Of a stretch of DNA of 64,000 nucleotides, positions 25,852 through 35,790 are shown piece after piece. Position 1 is the first letter of the stretch. Each line of letters opens with the position of its first letter. Origin of the DNA: Planctomycetota bacterium (GTDB taxonomy: Bacteria; JAJVIF01; JAPKYR01); the NCBI GenBank assembly GCA_030614715.1, contig JAUWTM010000003.1:13763-77762 (forward strand). The letters run 5' to 3'. The translations under genes were made by a program, and so were the position numbers. A model generated the notes under the pieces. That model had not been told where the DNA came from and searched no databases. It saw nothing but the letters and a program-made list of their open reading frames with translations.

Positions 25852-27096
25852 TTAAAGATAGCTCTTGATAATGAGCGCTCCACCCTGTCCGCCGCCGATA
25901 CAGGCCGACGCGAGTCCCATACCGCCCTGGTGAATGACAGCACCGCTGAGACGGCACCCGGTAGCACCCAGCGGATGCCCGATCGCGATCGCGCCTCCCC
26001 AACGGTTTACCTTGCTTCGGTCAAGTTCAAGAACCTTCTCGACCGCCATGTACTGCGCTCCGAAAGCCTCGTTAATTTCGAAATTGTCGATGTCATCGAA
26101 CGTGAGTCCAGCGCGATCGAGTGCCATATGAATCGCCGGCACCGGGCCGATTCCCATGTGTGCAGGGTCTACACCTGCTACCGCCCACGACACAAATTCC
26201 GCGATCGGTTTCAGTCCCAGCTCCTTTGCGTATGCTTCGGTGGTCAGGACCATCGCCGCGCCGCCGTCAACGATCCCGCTCGCGTTCGCGGCGGTCGTAA
26301 CGCCGTTCGGCTTGACCGGTTTCATTCGCTCAAGAATCTGCATCGTCGTGTCCGGACGTATCAGGTTATCGTGCTCGACGACCTTGACTCCCCTTCGAGT
26401 CTGAAGCTCCACCGGGGTAATTTCCTTCCCGAGGTTGCCGTTCTCACGTGCCAGAGTTGCTTTCTGCTGGCTTTCGAACGCAAACTGGTCGATTTCCTCG
26501 CGCGTGATGCCGTAGTAACTTGCGAGATTCTCGGCAGTATCCATCATGTCGCTGTTCGTGTAGGTGTCCTTAAGGCCGTCCTTGAAGAGGAAATGCGCTG
26601 TCGGTCCGGCCATGTACGGGAATCCGTATGCTGCGCCGTAGATCACGTATGGCGCCTGCGACGGGCTTTCATACCCGCCGGCGAGTACCATCTTTGAGTC
26701 CCCGGTGATAAGTTCCTTCGCCGCCAGCGTAAGTGCCTCGGCACCGGACCAGCAGATACGGTTGACCGTGAGTCCGCGACTTGTCCACGGCAGTCCTGAT
26801 TTCAGTCCAACATGCCGCGCGCCGTAATGAGAGTCCAGCGATGTATGCTGGGCGTTACCCATGATCACCTGGTCGATTAACTCGGTGCGGTCTTCGAGCC
26901 CGGCTTTCGCGATCGCTCCCTTCGCTGCGTAAACACCGAGATCGATCGGATTTATATCCTTGAGGTCGGTACCCACCACCGTAAATGGTGTCCGTGTGGC
27001 TGACAGGACGACTACCTTGACGCCAAGTTTCTGCATCAGTTCGACCGCTCCACCACCCACGGGAGGAGAGTCGCTGAAGATCGGATTTTTGTGCAT
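25852..27096 (-). CDS. Acetyl-CoA C-acyltransferase (thiolase)
   Basis: NRICWSGAEAL, NEAFGAQ, GHPLGATGCRL, CIGGGQGGA. 414 aa. Confidence 0.85.
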   Translation of the reverse strand: MHKNPIFSDSPPVGGGAVELMQKLGVKVVVLSATRTPFTVVGTDLKDINPIDLGVYAAKGAIAKAGLEDRTELIDQVIMGNAQHTSLDSHYGARHVGLKSGLPWTSRGLTVNRICWSGAEALTLAAKELITGDSKMVLAGGYESPSQAPYVIYGAAYGFPYMAGPTAHFLFKDGLKDTYTNSDMMDTAENLASYYGITREEIDQFAFESQQKATLARENGNLGKEITPVELQTRRGVKVVEHDNLIRPDTTMQILERMKPVKPNGVTTAANASGIVDGGAAMVLTTEAYAKELGLKPIAEFVSWAVAGVDPAHMGIGPVPAIHMALDRAGLTFDDIDNFEINEAFGAQYMAVEKVLELDRSKVNRWGGAIAIGHPLGATGCRLSGAVIHQGGMGLASACIGGGQGGALIIKSYL

Positions 27097-27337
27097 AGAA
27101 ATAACCTCGGTCGGTTTTCGGCCGTTAAAAACGAAAAAAAATGAAATGCCCGAGTAACGTAACAGATACCCCAGACCATGTCAAGAAGTGCGATGGGAGT
27201 GTAAATCAAAATCATATCGCGCCGTTGACACAGCATTGAAATTCGCACCTGTAGCGATCTTTCCAGCTTGGTGTGACGTTGAAATACATAATCCCTGACT
27301 GAAACGGCACAGGTAATTATTGGTCTTCCAGCAGAAA

Positions 27338-27367
27338 GGGCACCCGTGTATGGGTGCCCTTTTTTTT
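27338..27367. terminator. Strong GC hairpin + T8 (best read on + strand); may also serve as end of the minus-strand oxidoreductase operon
   Basis: GGGCACCC-GTGTAT-GGGTGCCC followed by TTTTTTTT (27360-27367). On the minus strand the same hairpin is followed only by TTTCT. Confidence 0.6.
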
Positions 27368-27402
27368 GCAGATTAAAAGTGCTGGTCCGATGTAACAGCG
27401 GA

Positions 27403-28299
27403 TCAGATGTGCGGGAGCACGTATTCAAACCGTGCAGCCTGCAGACGTGCCATCACACCGCAGCCAAGGATAACCTGACGTAACAGGAGCATACCGATCA
27501 AGCCGAGAATTCCGGCAAGTATATGCATGCCGATGGCTGTTCCTCCCATTCCATACAGGTTAATTAATTCCAGGACTAACGGTACGAACAGACCCATTAA
27601 GAATACACCGACCCAGAACATTCCTGAGAATTGCCCTGACATCAGCATTTCTGCCGCGGCGCGTCCTTCCGGCGTCCTGTGGGTACCCCAGATGTAGAGT
27701 GCCATCGCCAGAATCAGGAAGACCGCCAGACCAGTCGAATGTACAGCAAGGAACTTCATCTGCTCTACCGCGTCCGGGACAAATATCGACGACAGTAGAA
27801 GCGTCGCAAGTAGTCCTGAATAGAGTGCACTCGCCAGGAATACAATCGGCAGGAGCGGGTTTGCCCAGAAGGCGATCGGCCTGTTAGCGGCCAGAAGGAA
27901 CCCGGTGTAAAGCATCACACCAAATCCCATTACGATCCCGATGAATCCAAGGATGGGTAGCAATCCCCCTCCGGCATTGAACACCGTAAGGAGCCAGTGG
28001 ATACCCGCGAATATGACGAACAATAAGACAATAATCACACCGCGGGAAATCCATGAGGTCCCCGGACACTTCATTGCATGGATCGCATTCATGGGTCTAC
28101 CCAGACCCACCAGGAGAACAACGTAACCAATTGCCAGGATGATTACTCCGGAGATAATGCCAACCTTGGAGATACCAAGCCAAGCTTCACCGGCGTAACC
28201 AGCCAGGGCGCCTATTACATAGGTGGCTGCTCCCAGACCACCGAGAAACAGGTAAATTGCATGATCCCAGCCCCATTTAGTTTGAGCTTTCATTTTCAT
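27403..28299 (-). CDS. NrfD/PsrC-type polytopic membrane anchor subunit
   Basis: KWGWDHAIYLFLGGLGAATYVIG is the NrfD-family N-terminal signature. Multiple hydrophobic helices follow. Start at ATG 28299 (GAGGTGA RBS overlapping the upstream stop). Confidence 0.8.
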   Translation of the reverse strand: MKMKAQTKWGWDHAIYLFLGGLGAATYVIGALAGYAGEAWLGISKVGIISGVIILAIGYVVLLVGLGRPMNAIHAMKCPGTSWISRGVIIVLLFVIFAGIHWLLTVFNAGGGLLPILGFIGIVMGFGVMLYTGFLLAANRPIAFWANPLLPIVFLASALYSGLLATLLLSSIFVPDAVEQMKFLAVHSTGLAVFLILAMALYIWGTHRTPEGRAAAEMLMSGQFSGMFWVGVFLMGLFVPLVLELINLYGMGGTAIGMHILAGILGLIGMLLLRQVILGCGVMARLQAARFEYVLPHI

Positions 28300-28306
28300 T
28301 TGTATG

Positions 28307-28936
28307 TCACCTCGGTGGTAAGTAATAACATGATGGATCAGTTCCGAACTCCGGGTTAAGCTGGAAACCAGCATTCCGTCGAATCAGAATAGAAATTTCA
28401 CTCTCGGGATCATCGAGATCGCCGAATGTTCGAGCCTTGGCCGGGCAGGCCTCTACACATGCAGGATCCTTACCGTCCGCGATCCGATCTTTGCAGTAAT
28501 CACACTTCGTGGCCAATCCAAAGCCGTTCTTCAGTTCCCACTGCTCCAGACAATAAGCCTCGTAAGGGTCGAGTTCGCCCTCGGCATCGGGGAAGTAGGT
28601 TTCGAACGTTGAAACAGTCTGTCGGGCCCCATATGGACAAGCCATCATGCAGGTTTTGCATCCCATGCACAGATCGGGATCAACCGTGACGATGCCGTTC
28701 TCGTCCTGCTGCGTTGCTCCGGTCGGGCAAACGTCCATGCATGCCGGCTCAGCACATTGCTGGCAGACGAGAGGAAGCATTTGCCGTAATGCAGAAGGGT
28801 AAGTTCCGATCTCGGCAGACACACACTTAGCCCAGTCGACTCCCTGTGGCGTGTGGTTTGCCGCCTTGCAGGCTACGGAACAGGAATAACACCCGTAGCA
28901 TCTTTTTAAGTCAATGACAAAGCCGTGACGTGTCAT
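28307..28936 (-). CDS. 4x[4Fe-4S] ferredoxin-type subunit (DmsB/PsrB/NrfC family)
   Basis: CYGCYSCSVACK, CQQCAEPACMDVCP, CMGCKTCMMACP, CDYCKDRIADGKDPACVEACP. No RR leader. Confidence 0.85.
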   Translation of the reverse strand: MTRHGFVIDLKRCYGCYSCSVACKAANHTPQGVDWAKCVSAEIGTYPSALRQMLPLVCQQCAEPACMDVCPTGATQQDENGIVTVDPDLCMGCKTCMMACPYGARQTVSTFETYFPDAEGELDPYEAYCLEQWELKNGFGLATKCDYCKDRIADGKDPACVEACPAKARTFGDLDDPESEISILIRRNAGFQLNPEFGTDPSCYYLPPR

Positions 28937-31578
28937 CTTGCTTCACCCTCCTTCATCTTGTAGATTTTGACCTTTACACAGGCATCTGTGCCCTGGGTCA
29001 GTGGGTCTGTGTACTCAATACCCACCTGGATCAGGTCATCGAAGAATTGACCCTTTCCTTTCGCTATGGGGGTCCCCCTGGCCCAGTGGCCATGACATCC
29101 TGCGACCGCGAGATGCTCCGGATGCAAGCCCTGAACAAGTTTCACCGGCCCTTTAATCTTCTTGCCAACCGAGTTCTCAACCCATACCCAGTCGTTGTCC
29201 TTTAATCCCTTCTTCTTCCCGAAGTCCTCGTTGATCTGCATCAGGTAAACAAAGGGATCGTTGATCGAGATCTCGTCGAGCCACGGGTTGTTCTGGGATG
29301 ATGATTGAGTATGGAACGAGGGTCGCCAGCAGAAAGCCCAGAGTTCGTACTCAGGACGCTTCTCCGTGTGAGACGGGCACGGGAACCAGTTTACCAGACC
29401 CGTATAGAACCTGAGGTCCAGCAGGTTCTCACCACCGTACTCCGCGAGAAGCTTGCTGGCTTTCTGCCCACCATCGATGAAGAACTCAAAGTAGATAGGC
29501 ACCCTGACAGGTACATGCCACCGCCAGTACATCTCCTCGGGCTTTGTCGGCCACTTTTCCAAGCCTGTTTTCTTAAGTGCCTCAAGGCCCTTAGTATCAC
29601 CAAGCCTGTCCTTCAGTACCCGGTCGCAGACATCCGTCCAGGTGTAGTCCTCGCCCTCCTTAAGCCTGTACTTCTCTGACATCTCACCGCCATACCTGAC
29701 CGGTATGAGGTCGTTGATCACCTGGAAGTACTTGTCCTTGATCCCGAGCCTGTCGGCAAGGTCGAGCATTACGTCATTAAAGTCACGCCGCTCGAACATA
29801 GGCTCGACAAGGGGTTGGCGAATCTGCCATACCCATTCGTCCATACCTGTTGGATGGCAGAAAGTGGAGGGGAACGTCACGCAGGGTGTGTATCGCTCCA
29901 TGAAGCTGGCGTCGGGAAGGACAATGTCCGCAACCGCCTCCGTGAACTCGTTCTGGTAGATATTGAACGAGAATATGAAATTAAATTTCTTGAGGAAATT
30001 CTCCGTAATATCATGCGCGTTCGCCATCGTCATTACGGAATTGGAACCGAAGTTGATCATGATCTCCGGCTCATAGTCGAGTTTGAACTGTTCCCTGTAC
30101 TTATCCCAGTCGGGGGACATAATCGTAAACGCATTATAGATCGAGCTTGGGAACATATCCTGCAGGTCAAGCCTCGTAGGAGCATGAGGCTCCCTGAGCG
30201 GGTAGGGTTTGTGGTCGTATACCCAGCCCTTGACGATCATCAACCCGTCAGGACAGGCGTACGGAATCGTCTCGGGTTTACCGGTGTCCGGATGGCCGTG
30301 AGAAACAGGTGGTCCGTGTCCCATGGCACCTCCGGGAACATCGGCAGCCCCGACGACGTGGTTCATAAGGTCGATTGCGAGACAGTTCCAGCCGGAGTTG
30401 ACATGGCCCTGACTGCCCCTGAAGAAAATTGCAGCCGACGGCCTGAGCGGGAACTTTTTACCTTTAATGGTGATCGTGCTGCCGATCTGGGCATTCTCAG
30501 CGAACTCCTTCGCAACACGTCGGAGCGTCGATATAGGCACCGATGTAATCTGCTCGACCTTTTCAAGAGGATAATTCTCCTTCACGTGGTCCTTCAGGAT
30601 CTGGAAGCTGGGCTGGCACTGAACTCCATTCACGGTGTAGGAACCAAGAAGGGCGAGATCCGGACCCACGAACGGGTCCATCTCGTAGAAGTCGAACGGT
30701 TTAGCCCTGTTGTCGCCAAGATCCCAGACAAGGGGTTTGTTTGTCTCCGGATCCCGTACGTACTTCCCATCCTCTTTGATCAGGTAGGGAGCATTTGTCT
30801 TCCATCGCAGGTAGTCAGCGTCCCATGTGTTGAGCTCGTTCAGCATGACGTTAATCATACCGAGTACGGCTGCGGCATCTGTACCTACGCGGATGGGCAC
30901 CCATTCTTCAGCCTTAGATGCCTGTGTAGACAGGTAGGGATCGAAAACGACCGCTTTCATTCCCCTTACCCTGGCATCGGCAACCCACTGGGCACTCTGT
31001 AAGGCTGCATGGCCAGCACCATGACCCTTCGAGCAACCGAAGTAAAGGGTGTAATTGTTGTAGTTCCAGTCCGGAATGATGGACCATGCGGCATGTGTAA
31101 TGCCGTTCATGAAGTGCGCACCATTACCGCACCACAACCCGCCGCCTGACACCCAGTAGTTTTTAAAGCCGAAGGCACGCATGAAGGCTGGAACCGCAAA
31201 ACGGATCTCGCTGGTCTGAACAGTGGTTGCCTGGAAATAGCAACCCCTTCGATCTTTCATGTTCTTGAGCTTGTCCACGATCGTGGTCATAGCTTCTTCC
31301 CAGGAAATCCTCTCCCATTTGGGGTCCTCATGCACACCTTTTTTAGGATTGGTCCTCTTGACCGGGTAATTAAGACGATGCCGGTCATAGAGCGTATGCA
31401 GTTGGGCAGTACCTTTTGCACAGATTCTGCCACTGCCGGCCGGTGTTTCAGGATTACCTTCAAGGGCGACGATGACGCCATCGACCCTGTGAGCTTTGAT
31501 GCCACACTGTCCGTAGCATCCACCACAGGATGTAGGGATCCATACATCTTCCTTGACTTGAGTAGACTGTGCAGTCAT
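28933..31578 (-). CDS. Molybdopterin (bis-PGD) oxidoreductase catalytic subunit, DMSO-reductase superfamily, no Tat signal
   Basis: 881 aa. N-terminal FS0 motif SCGGCYGQCG..x..ICAKG begins at residue 18. The N-terminus MTAQSTQVKEDVWIP has no twin-arginine motif. Confidence 0.85.
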   Translation of the reverse strand: MTAQSTQVKEDVWIPTSCGGCYGQCGIKAHRVDGVIVALEGNPETPAGSGRICAKGTAQLHTLYDRHRLNYPVKRTNPKKGVHEDPKWERISWEEAMTTIVDKLKNMKDRRGCYFQATTVQTSEIRFAVPAFMRAFGFKNYWVSGGGLWCGNGAHFMNGITHAAWSIIPDWNYNNYTLYFGCSKGHGAGHAALQSAQWVADARVRGMKAVVFDPYLSTQASKAEEWVPIRVGTDAAAVLGMINVMLNELNTWDADYLRWKTNAPYLIKEDGKYVRDPETNKPLVWDLGDNRAKPFDFYEMDPFVGPDLALLGSYTVNGVQCQPSFQILKDHVKENYPLEKVEQITSVPISTLRRVAKEFAENAQIGSTITIKGKKFPLRPSAAIFFRGSQGHVNSGWNCLAIDLMNHVVGAADVPGGAMGHGPPVSHGHPDTGKPETIPYACPDGLMIVKGWVYDHKPYPLREPHAPTRLDLQDMFPSSIYNAFTIMSPDWDKYREQFKLDYEPEIMINFGSNSVMTMANAHDITENFLKKFNFIFSFNIYQNEFTEAVADIVLPDASFMERYTPCVTFPSTFCHPTGMDEWVWQIRQPLVEPMFERRDFNDVMLDLADRLGIKDKYFQVINDLIPVRYGGEMSEKYRLKEGEDYTWTDVCDRVLKDRLGDTKGLEALKKTGLEKWPTKPEEMYWRWHVPVRVPIYFEFFIDGGQKASKLLAEYGGENLLDLRFYTGLVNWFPCPSHTEKRPEYELWAFCWRPSFHTQSSSQNNPWLDEISINDPFVYLMQINEDFGKKKGLKDNDWVWVENSVGKKIKGPVKLVQGLHPEHLAVAGCHGHWARGTPIAKGKGQFFDDLIQVGIEYTDPLTQGTDACVKVKIYKMKEGEAR

Positions 31579-31717
31579 AAATTACCGCCTTTTGAAATCC
31601 TGACTCCTTTTCGCGGAGTCATGTACTATGGGTGGAATGAGTATATTCCACCACAATATGCAGACTTTACTGTATATGAAAGCCGATAAATTACGGCTGC
31701 TAACTAATAATGTTAAA

Positions 31718-33859
31718 TCAAGTGGGCAATGATCTCTCTTCTTTGCCCTTATAGACCGCATCCCCGAAATTAATCCTGCGCATCTGCGGCTGACTCGCCA
31801 CTTCCTCAAAGAAGTGGGCGGACAAGCCAACCACTCGACCGTACACGAATAATGCCTTCGCGAGATCCGGGTGCAGGCCAAGATCAGCGACTATCGCGCC
31901 TATAACTCCATCCACGTTGATCGGAAGGCTCATGCCCCGGACTCTCTCGAAAATATCTGTCACGAGTTTCGAGATAGCGACACATTTGCCGCCCAGACCG
32001 GAGTCATCGATCAGTTTCCACAGGGGTGTCCGACGTGGATCAGTAGTATGGATGCGGTGTCCAAGTCCCCCGACGCGCTTGCCTGCTTTCATATACTCAT
32101 TGAGAACAATGACAGTCGCGTCCGCCAGTTCCTTATTTTGAGATTCTGCTACTTCGATGCACTTCCTGAAGAATGTAGCAGCCTCTGCTCCCGCACCACC
32201 ATGAACGTCCGTGATTGCCCCTACACCAGCCGCAATGCCCATCTGGTAAGAGGGCCTGACTGTCGCGGCGAGTAGAGTTGATTGAGCCGATGGTGGTGTA
32301 GCACCGTGGTCGACGCATGTAGCGATAATCGTCTCGATTATCTTCGCCCTCTTGGAATCGACTTTCTTTTCACCCGTAACTGCGCGGTAAATAATACTTG
32401 TGAAGTCTTCCTTGTCGTAAGGAGCATCCATGGCGTCTTCATTGCCAAGAATGTGGGCGAGGTAACGTGCGAATCGACCCAGTGAATAAATTGTCTTATT
32501 GACAGGGCCATCCTTTCCAGATTCAGTCATGCCCTGAAGTGTTTCATCCATTAAGAAGCTCTTGGCCAGGGTAGCGGAGATATCCTCACCCTCGAACCGT
32601 GTGATCGGGGGAGCTGGTATCTTTGATGCTGCGATAGCCGATTTCTCATGCTCTGCGAGCACTTTTTTCGAGGGAAGCTCCAGCTTGAGAAGCAGGTGCG
32701 CAGTCTCGAGAAGGTTACCCCTGGCGCAGACGTCCTGAATCGGGTAACCCGAAAGCAGGATTTCATTGGGAGCGATCTTGGTGATCAGCGTACCCCAGCC
32801 TGCTTTCTTCGGAGGCTCCTCCCAGGTTGTTCTCATCTTCTCGTAATAACGACCGACGTCAAAGTACGTCTTCCCGGCCAGCTTGTCCTGAACCGCATCG
32901 ATGAGGTCGTACTGGCTGTTAACGACCGTCACACCGGCACTTTCAAGTGCTTCCTTCTTGGACTTGTACGTACCGCGTACCTGTCCTGGAGCGACAATCG
33001 CTCCGGCGTGACCCATTGTCTTCCCTTCCGGCGCATTCGCACCAGAGATCAACGCGACCATAGGCTTGGGATACTTATCCGGGTTCGCCAGGATATCCTC
33101 GGCGAGAAGTTCTTCCTTCGATCCGCCGATCTCACCAGCGATCACAACGAGGTCGGTGTTTTCGTAATCCATTGCAACCGGTGCAATATCCTGGAAAGTC
33201 GATCCATTTGCACCGTCACCGCCGATCCCGAGAACCGCGTTCTGTGCAATACCAACGCTGGCAAGTGCATCAGACATGTGGTAAAGGATCGCACCGCTCC
33301 TGGAGATAATCGTCACACCATGTGGACCCGCTTTTCCGTGTTCGACCTCTTCCGGATAGAAGACATCGGGAAGCATCCCGACCTTGATTCCCTCGGGTGG
33401 GAATATGCAGCCAGGTGTGTTACCGCCGAACAGGACGGTCTTGTGTTTACGTGCGGCGACGAGGATATCTCGAACATCTCTCAGGGGTATTCCCTCTGTA
33501 ATGAGCATGACAAGGGGTACACCGGCTTCGATAACCTCGAGAGTGGCATCCCGTGCGCTCGTGAAATGTCGCCAGATCGAAACCGCAGCGATATTCGGGT
33601 GTTCCCCGATACACTCGGTCATGCTGTCGTATACAGGAATGGTCTCGTGCACCCGCTGACCGCTTCGTCCCGCGGCTACCCCGGCTGTGACCGTGGTGCC
33701 GAATTCGCGCATCAGGCCTGCGTGGCGGGTCCCCTGCCTGCCAAGACCTACTACCGCGGTCTCAACCTCCTGGGTTTCTTCGATCGTTTTCACGAGGTCC
33801 GGACGGGCATGCTTTATGAGGTGACAGAGCATTCCTTTGTGGGCAGGTACTCTTTGCAT
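31718..33859 (-). CDS. aclA: ATP-citrate lyase alpha-type subunit (SucD-like CoA-ligase domain fused to citrate-synthase-like lyase domain)
   Basis: SucD-like ..IISRSGAILYHMSDALASVGIAQNAVLGIGGD.., phospho-His loop GHAGAIV, C-terminal citrate-synthase-family GLGHRIHTTDPRR. A CcsB-Ccl fusion cannot be excluded. Confidence 0.7.
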   Translation of the reverse strand: MQRVPAHKGMLCHLIKHARPDLVKTIEETQEVETAVVGLGRQGTRHAGLMREFGTTVTAGVAAGRSGQRVHETIPVYDSMTECIGEHPNIAAVSIWRHFTSARDATLEVIEAGVPLVMLITEGIPLRDVRDILVAARKHKTVLFGGNTPGCIFPPEGIKVGMLPDVFYPEEVEHGKAGPHGVTIISRSGAILYHMSDALASVGIAQNAVLGIGGDGANGSTFQDIAPVAMDYENTDLVVIAGEIGGSKEELLAEDILANPDKYPKPMVALISGANAPEGKTMGHAGAIVAPGQVRGTYKSKKEALESAGVTVVNSQYDLIDAVQDKLAGKTYFDVGRYYEKMRTTWEEPPKKAGWGTLITKIAPNEILLSGYPIQDVCARGNLLETAHLLLKLELPSKKVLAEHEKSAIAASKIPAPPITRFEGEDISATLAKSFLMDETLQGMTESGKDGPVNKTIYSLGRFARYLAHILGNEDAMDAPYDKEDFTSIIYRAVTGEKKVDSKRAKIIETIIATCVDHGATPPSAQSTLLAATVRPSYQMGIAAGVGAITDVHGGAGAEAATFFRKCIEVAESQNKELADATVIVLNEYMKAGKRVGGLGHRIHTTDPRRTPLWKLIDDSGLGGKCVAISKLVTDIFERVRGMSLPINVDGVIGAIVADLGLHPDLAKALFVYGRVVGLSAHFFEEVASQPQMRRINFGDAVYKGKEERSLPT

Positions 33860-33926
33860 TTCTTCATCTCCTGTCTTTCACAGTAGCGTAATCAGACATC
33901 CCGGCTGATATTTCCTGACAGCCGGG

Positions 33927-35225
33927 CTACTTCGCGGCAACCGCAGCTCCCTGGGCTTTAACTTTAAATCCCTTTGCTATACCGTCCTTGATCACGTCAG
34001 CCATGATCTTCTGGTTGCCAATCACTATATCTAAATTCTTAAGAGCTTCAGGTGTTTCGACCAAAGCCTTTTCCAGGTATGCCCTTGCGCTCGGAAGATC
34101 GGTTCCGACCATCCTTCCGACGATCGGCAGCATCCGCTGACCCTTCTCATGCCTGTCCCGGAGTGCTTTCACTGTTCCCCTGATGAAGATGTCGCAGGAT
34201 GAGATCCCTCCGAACCTGGAGGTCACTATCAGGTCGACAAGTTTCTTGTCCATCAGTACGTGGAACATCTCGGCAACACCTTCGACTGGTGGGCCACCGC
34301 CGGAATCCATGAAATTGACCGGAACCACCTTGCCGTCAAAGAACCTGTCGCCGACATTGGCAGTCTCGTCAATCGAGAAAATTCCGTAACCGGCACCACC
34401 GGGTACCAGCCCGACATAAAGTTTGTCGGGATCACCCTCGAAGTCCTCCGGCAGCAGGTCAACGTACAGGAATCCGGCATCCCGTGCCCTTTGCTCGTCG
34501 CTGGTCAGCTCGGATACATCGTGACGGGATTCTTTCAGGCCGAGAAGCTCGAACAGGCCGCCCTGCCTGTAAATGGCGTTGTCGTCGATGACGACCTTGG
34601 CGTCCGCCGCAACCGCCTGGTTATCGGTAGTGATAATCAGCGGGTTGATCTCGGCAGTCTTGCAGTCGTACTCCTGGTACGTGGCATACAACTTCTTCAC
34701 AGCGTCGAGTATCGCCGGTTTGACCGCGTCATTTCCAAGGCCCTTCACGAGGAAGTCCGTGAATTCATTCGCGATGTTATCGGGCAGCTCGAGCTCGTTT
34801 CCGGGAATCTCTATCTTCAGGATGGCTTCGGGTGTTTCAAGCGCCACCCCTTCGATGTCGACACCACCCTTGGCACTGACCATCATGATCACGTTGAAGC
34901 TCGCGGGATGGGTCGTGATTCCAACGTAGCACGCACCGGCTTCGTCAGCTAATTCCTCGACGAGGAGTGTTTCGACCGGGTAGTCCTTGATCACGAGTTT
35001 AAGCATGTCGGCCGTGATCTTTTTCGCTTCCGCGAGGTCTTTCGCTTTCTTGATGCCCCCGGCCTTGCCGCGTCCGCCGATCAATACCATCGACTTCATC
35101 ATTACCGGGAACGTGAGGTCCAGAGCGTCCAGATCGTCGGGTGACTGGATTACCCCGTACTGGGTCGGGATAGTGAGACCCGTCGCTCCGAAAACTTTCT
35201 TGGCTTCATATTCGTAGAGTCGCAC
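33927..35225 (-). CDS. aclB: ATP-citrate lyase beta-type subunit (SucC-like ATP-grasp)
   Basis: MRLYEYEAKKVFGATGLTIP.. is the SucC/AclB N-terminal ATP-grasp signature. 432 aa, directly upstream of the aclA-like gene. Confidence 0.7.
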   Translation of the reverse strand: MRLYEYEAKKVFGATGLTIPTQYGVIQSPDDLDALDLTFPVMMKSMVLIGGRGKAGGIKKAKDLAEAKKITADMLKLVIKDYPVETLLVEELADEAGACYVGITTHPASFNVIMMVSAKGGVDIEGVALETPEAILKIEIPGNELELPDNIANEFTDFLVKGLGNDAVKPAILDAVKKLYATYQEYDCKTAEINPLIITTDNQAVAADAKVVIDDNAIYRQGGLFELLGLKESRHDVSELTSDEQRARDAGFLYVDLLPEDFEGDPDKLYVGLVPGGAGYGIFSIDETANVGDRFFDGKVVPVNFMDSGGGPPVEGVAEMFHVLMDKKLVDLIVTSRFGGISSCDIFIRGTVKALRDRHEKGQRMLPIVGRMVGTDLPSARAYLEKALVETPEALKNLDIVIGNQKIMADVIKDGIAKGFKVKAQGAAVAAK

Positions 35226-35298
35226 AATAACTCTCCTTTCTGTCGATTCTCTCAGGCCGACCGCATATCCATGCCGGTCGGAATTTATATTTCATCCC

Positions 35299-35790
35299 CT
35301 ACGACCTGGTTTCTTCCTTCAGTTTCTGCATTGTGTACGGCAGTAAGCCGCCTGCATCCCTGATTTCCAGGATCTCGGGAGGAAGTTTCGGGAAGTTGTA
35401 CGCCTTGCCGGCGACCTCGATGGTCCCGGCGGTTGCATCGAACTTCACTTCGTCACCGTCTTTGTACGCGTCGACTGCCTCAGGGCATTCAATTAATAGA
35501 AGTCCCTGGTTAATCGCTGCGCGGTAGAAAATTCGCGCGAAGCCCTTCGCGACAATCGCCTGTACGCCGACTGCCTTCAGTCCGAGTACCGGCTGCTCAC
35601 GCGAACTGCCGCATCCGAAGTTCGGTCCCACGAAAAGGATATCTCCCTCATGCACGTTACCGGAAAACTCCGGGTCCAGATCTTCAAGCAGGTGGGGTTT
35701 GATTTCCTCGGCTGTCGCAGCGGTGTACGTGTACTTGCCCGGGAAGAGCATGTCGGTGTTAATGTCGTCGCCATATTTCCAGACCTTCAT
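35299..35790 (-). CDS. Aconitase-family small (swivel) subunit, LeuD/HacB-like
   Basis: ..NTDMLFPGKY.., ..GPNFGCGSSREQPV... The start overlaps the large-subunit stop (ATGA type, 35787-35790). Confidence 0.8.
   Translation of the reverse strand: MKVWKYGDDINTDMLFPGKYTYTAATAEEIKPHLLEDLDPEFSGNVHEGDILFVGPNFGCGSSREQPVLGLKAVGVQAIVAKGFARIFYRAAINQGLLLIECPEAVDAYKDGDEVKFDATAGTIEVAGKAYNFPKLPPEILEIRDAGGLLPYTMQKLKEETRS

Noticed and set aside
27141-27239. 32-codon ORF (MKCPSNVTDTPDHVKKCDGSVNQNHIAPLTQH) in the thiolase/NrfD intergenic gap.
   Set aside because: It has no RBS (it is preceded by an A-run only), shows no recognisable features, and stops about 100 nt before the terminator hairpin. I kept only the terminator and sRNA possibility.
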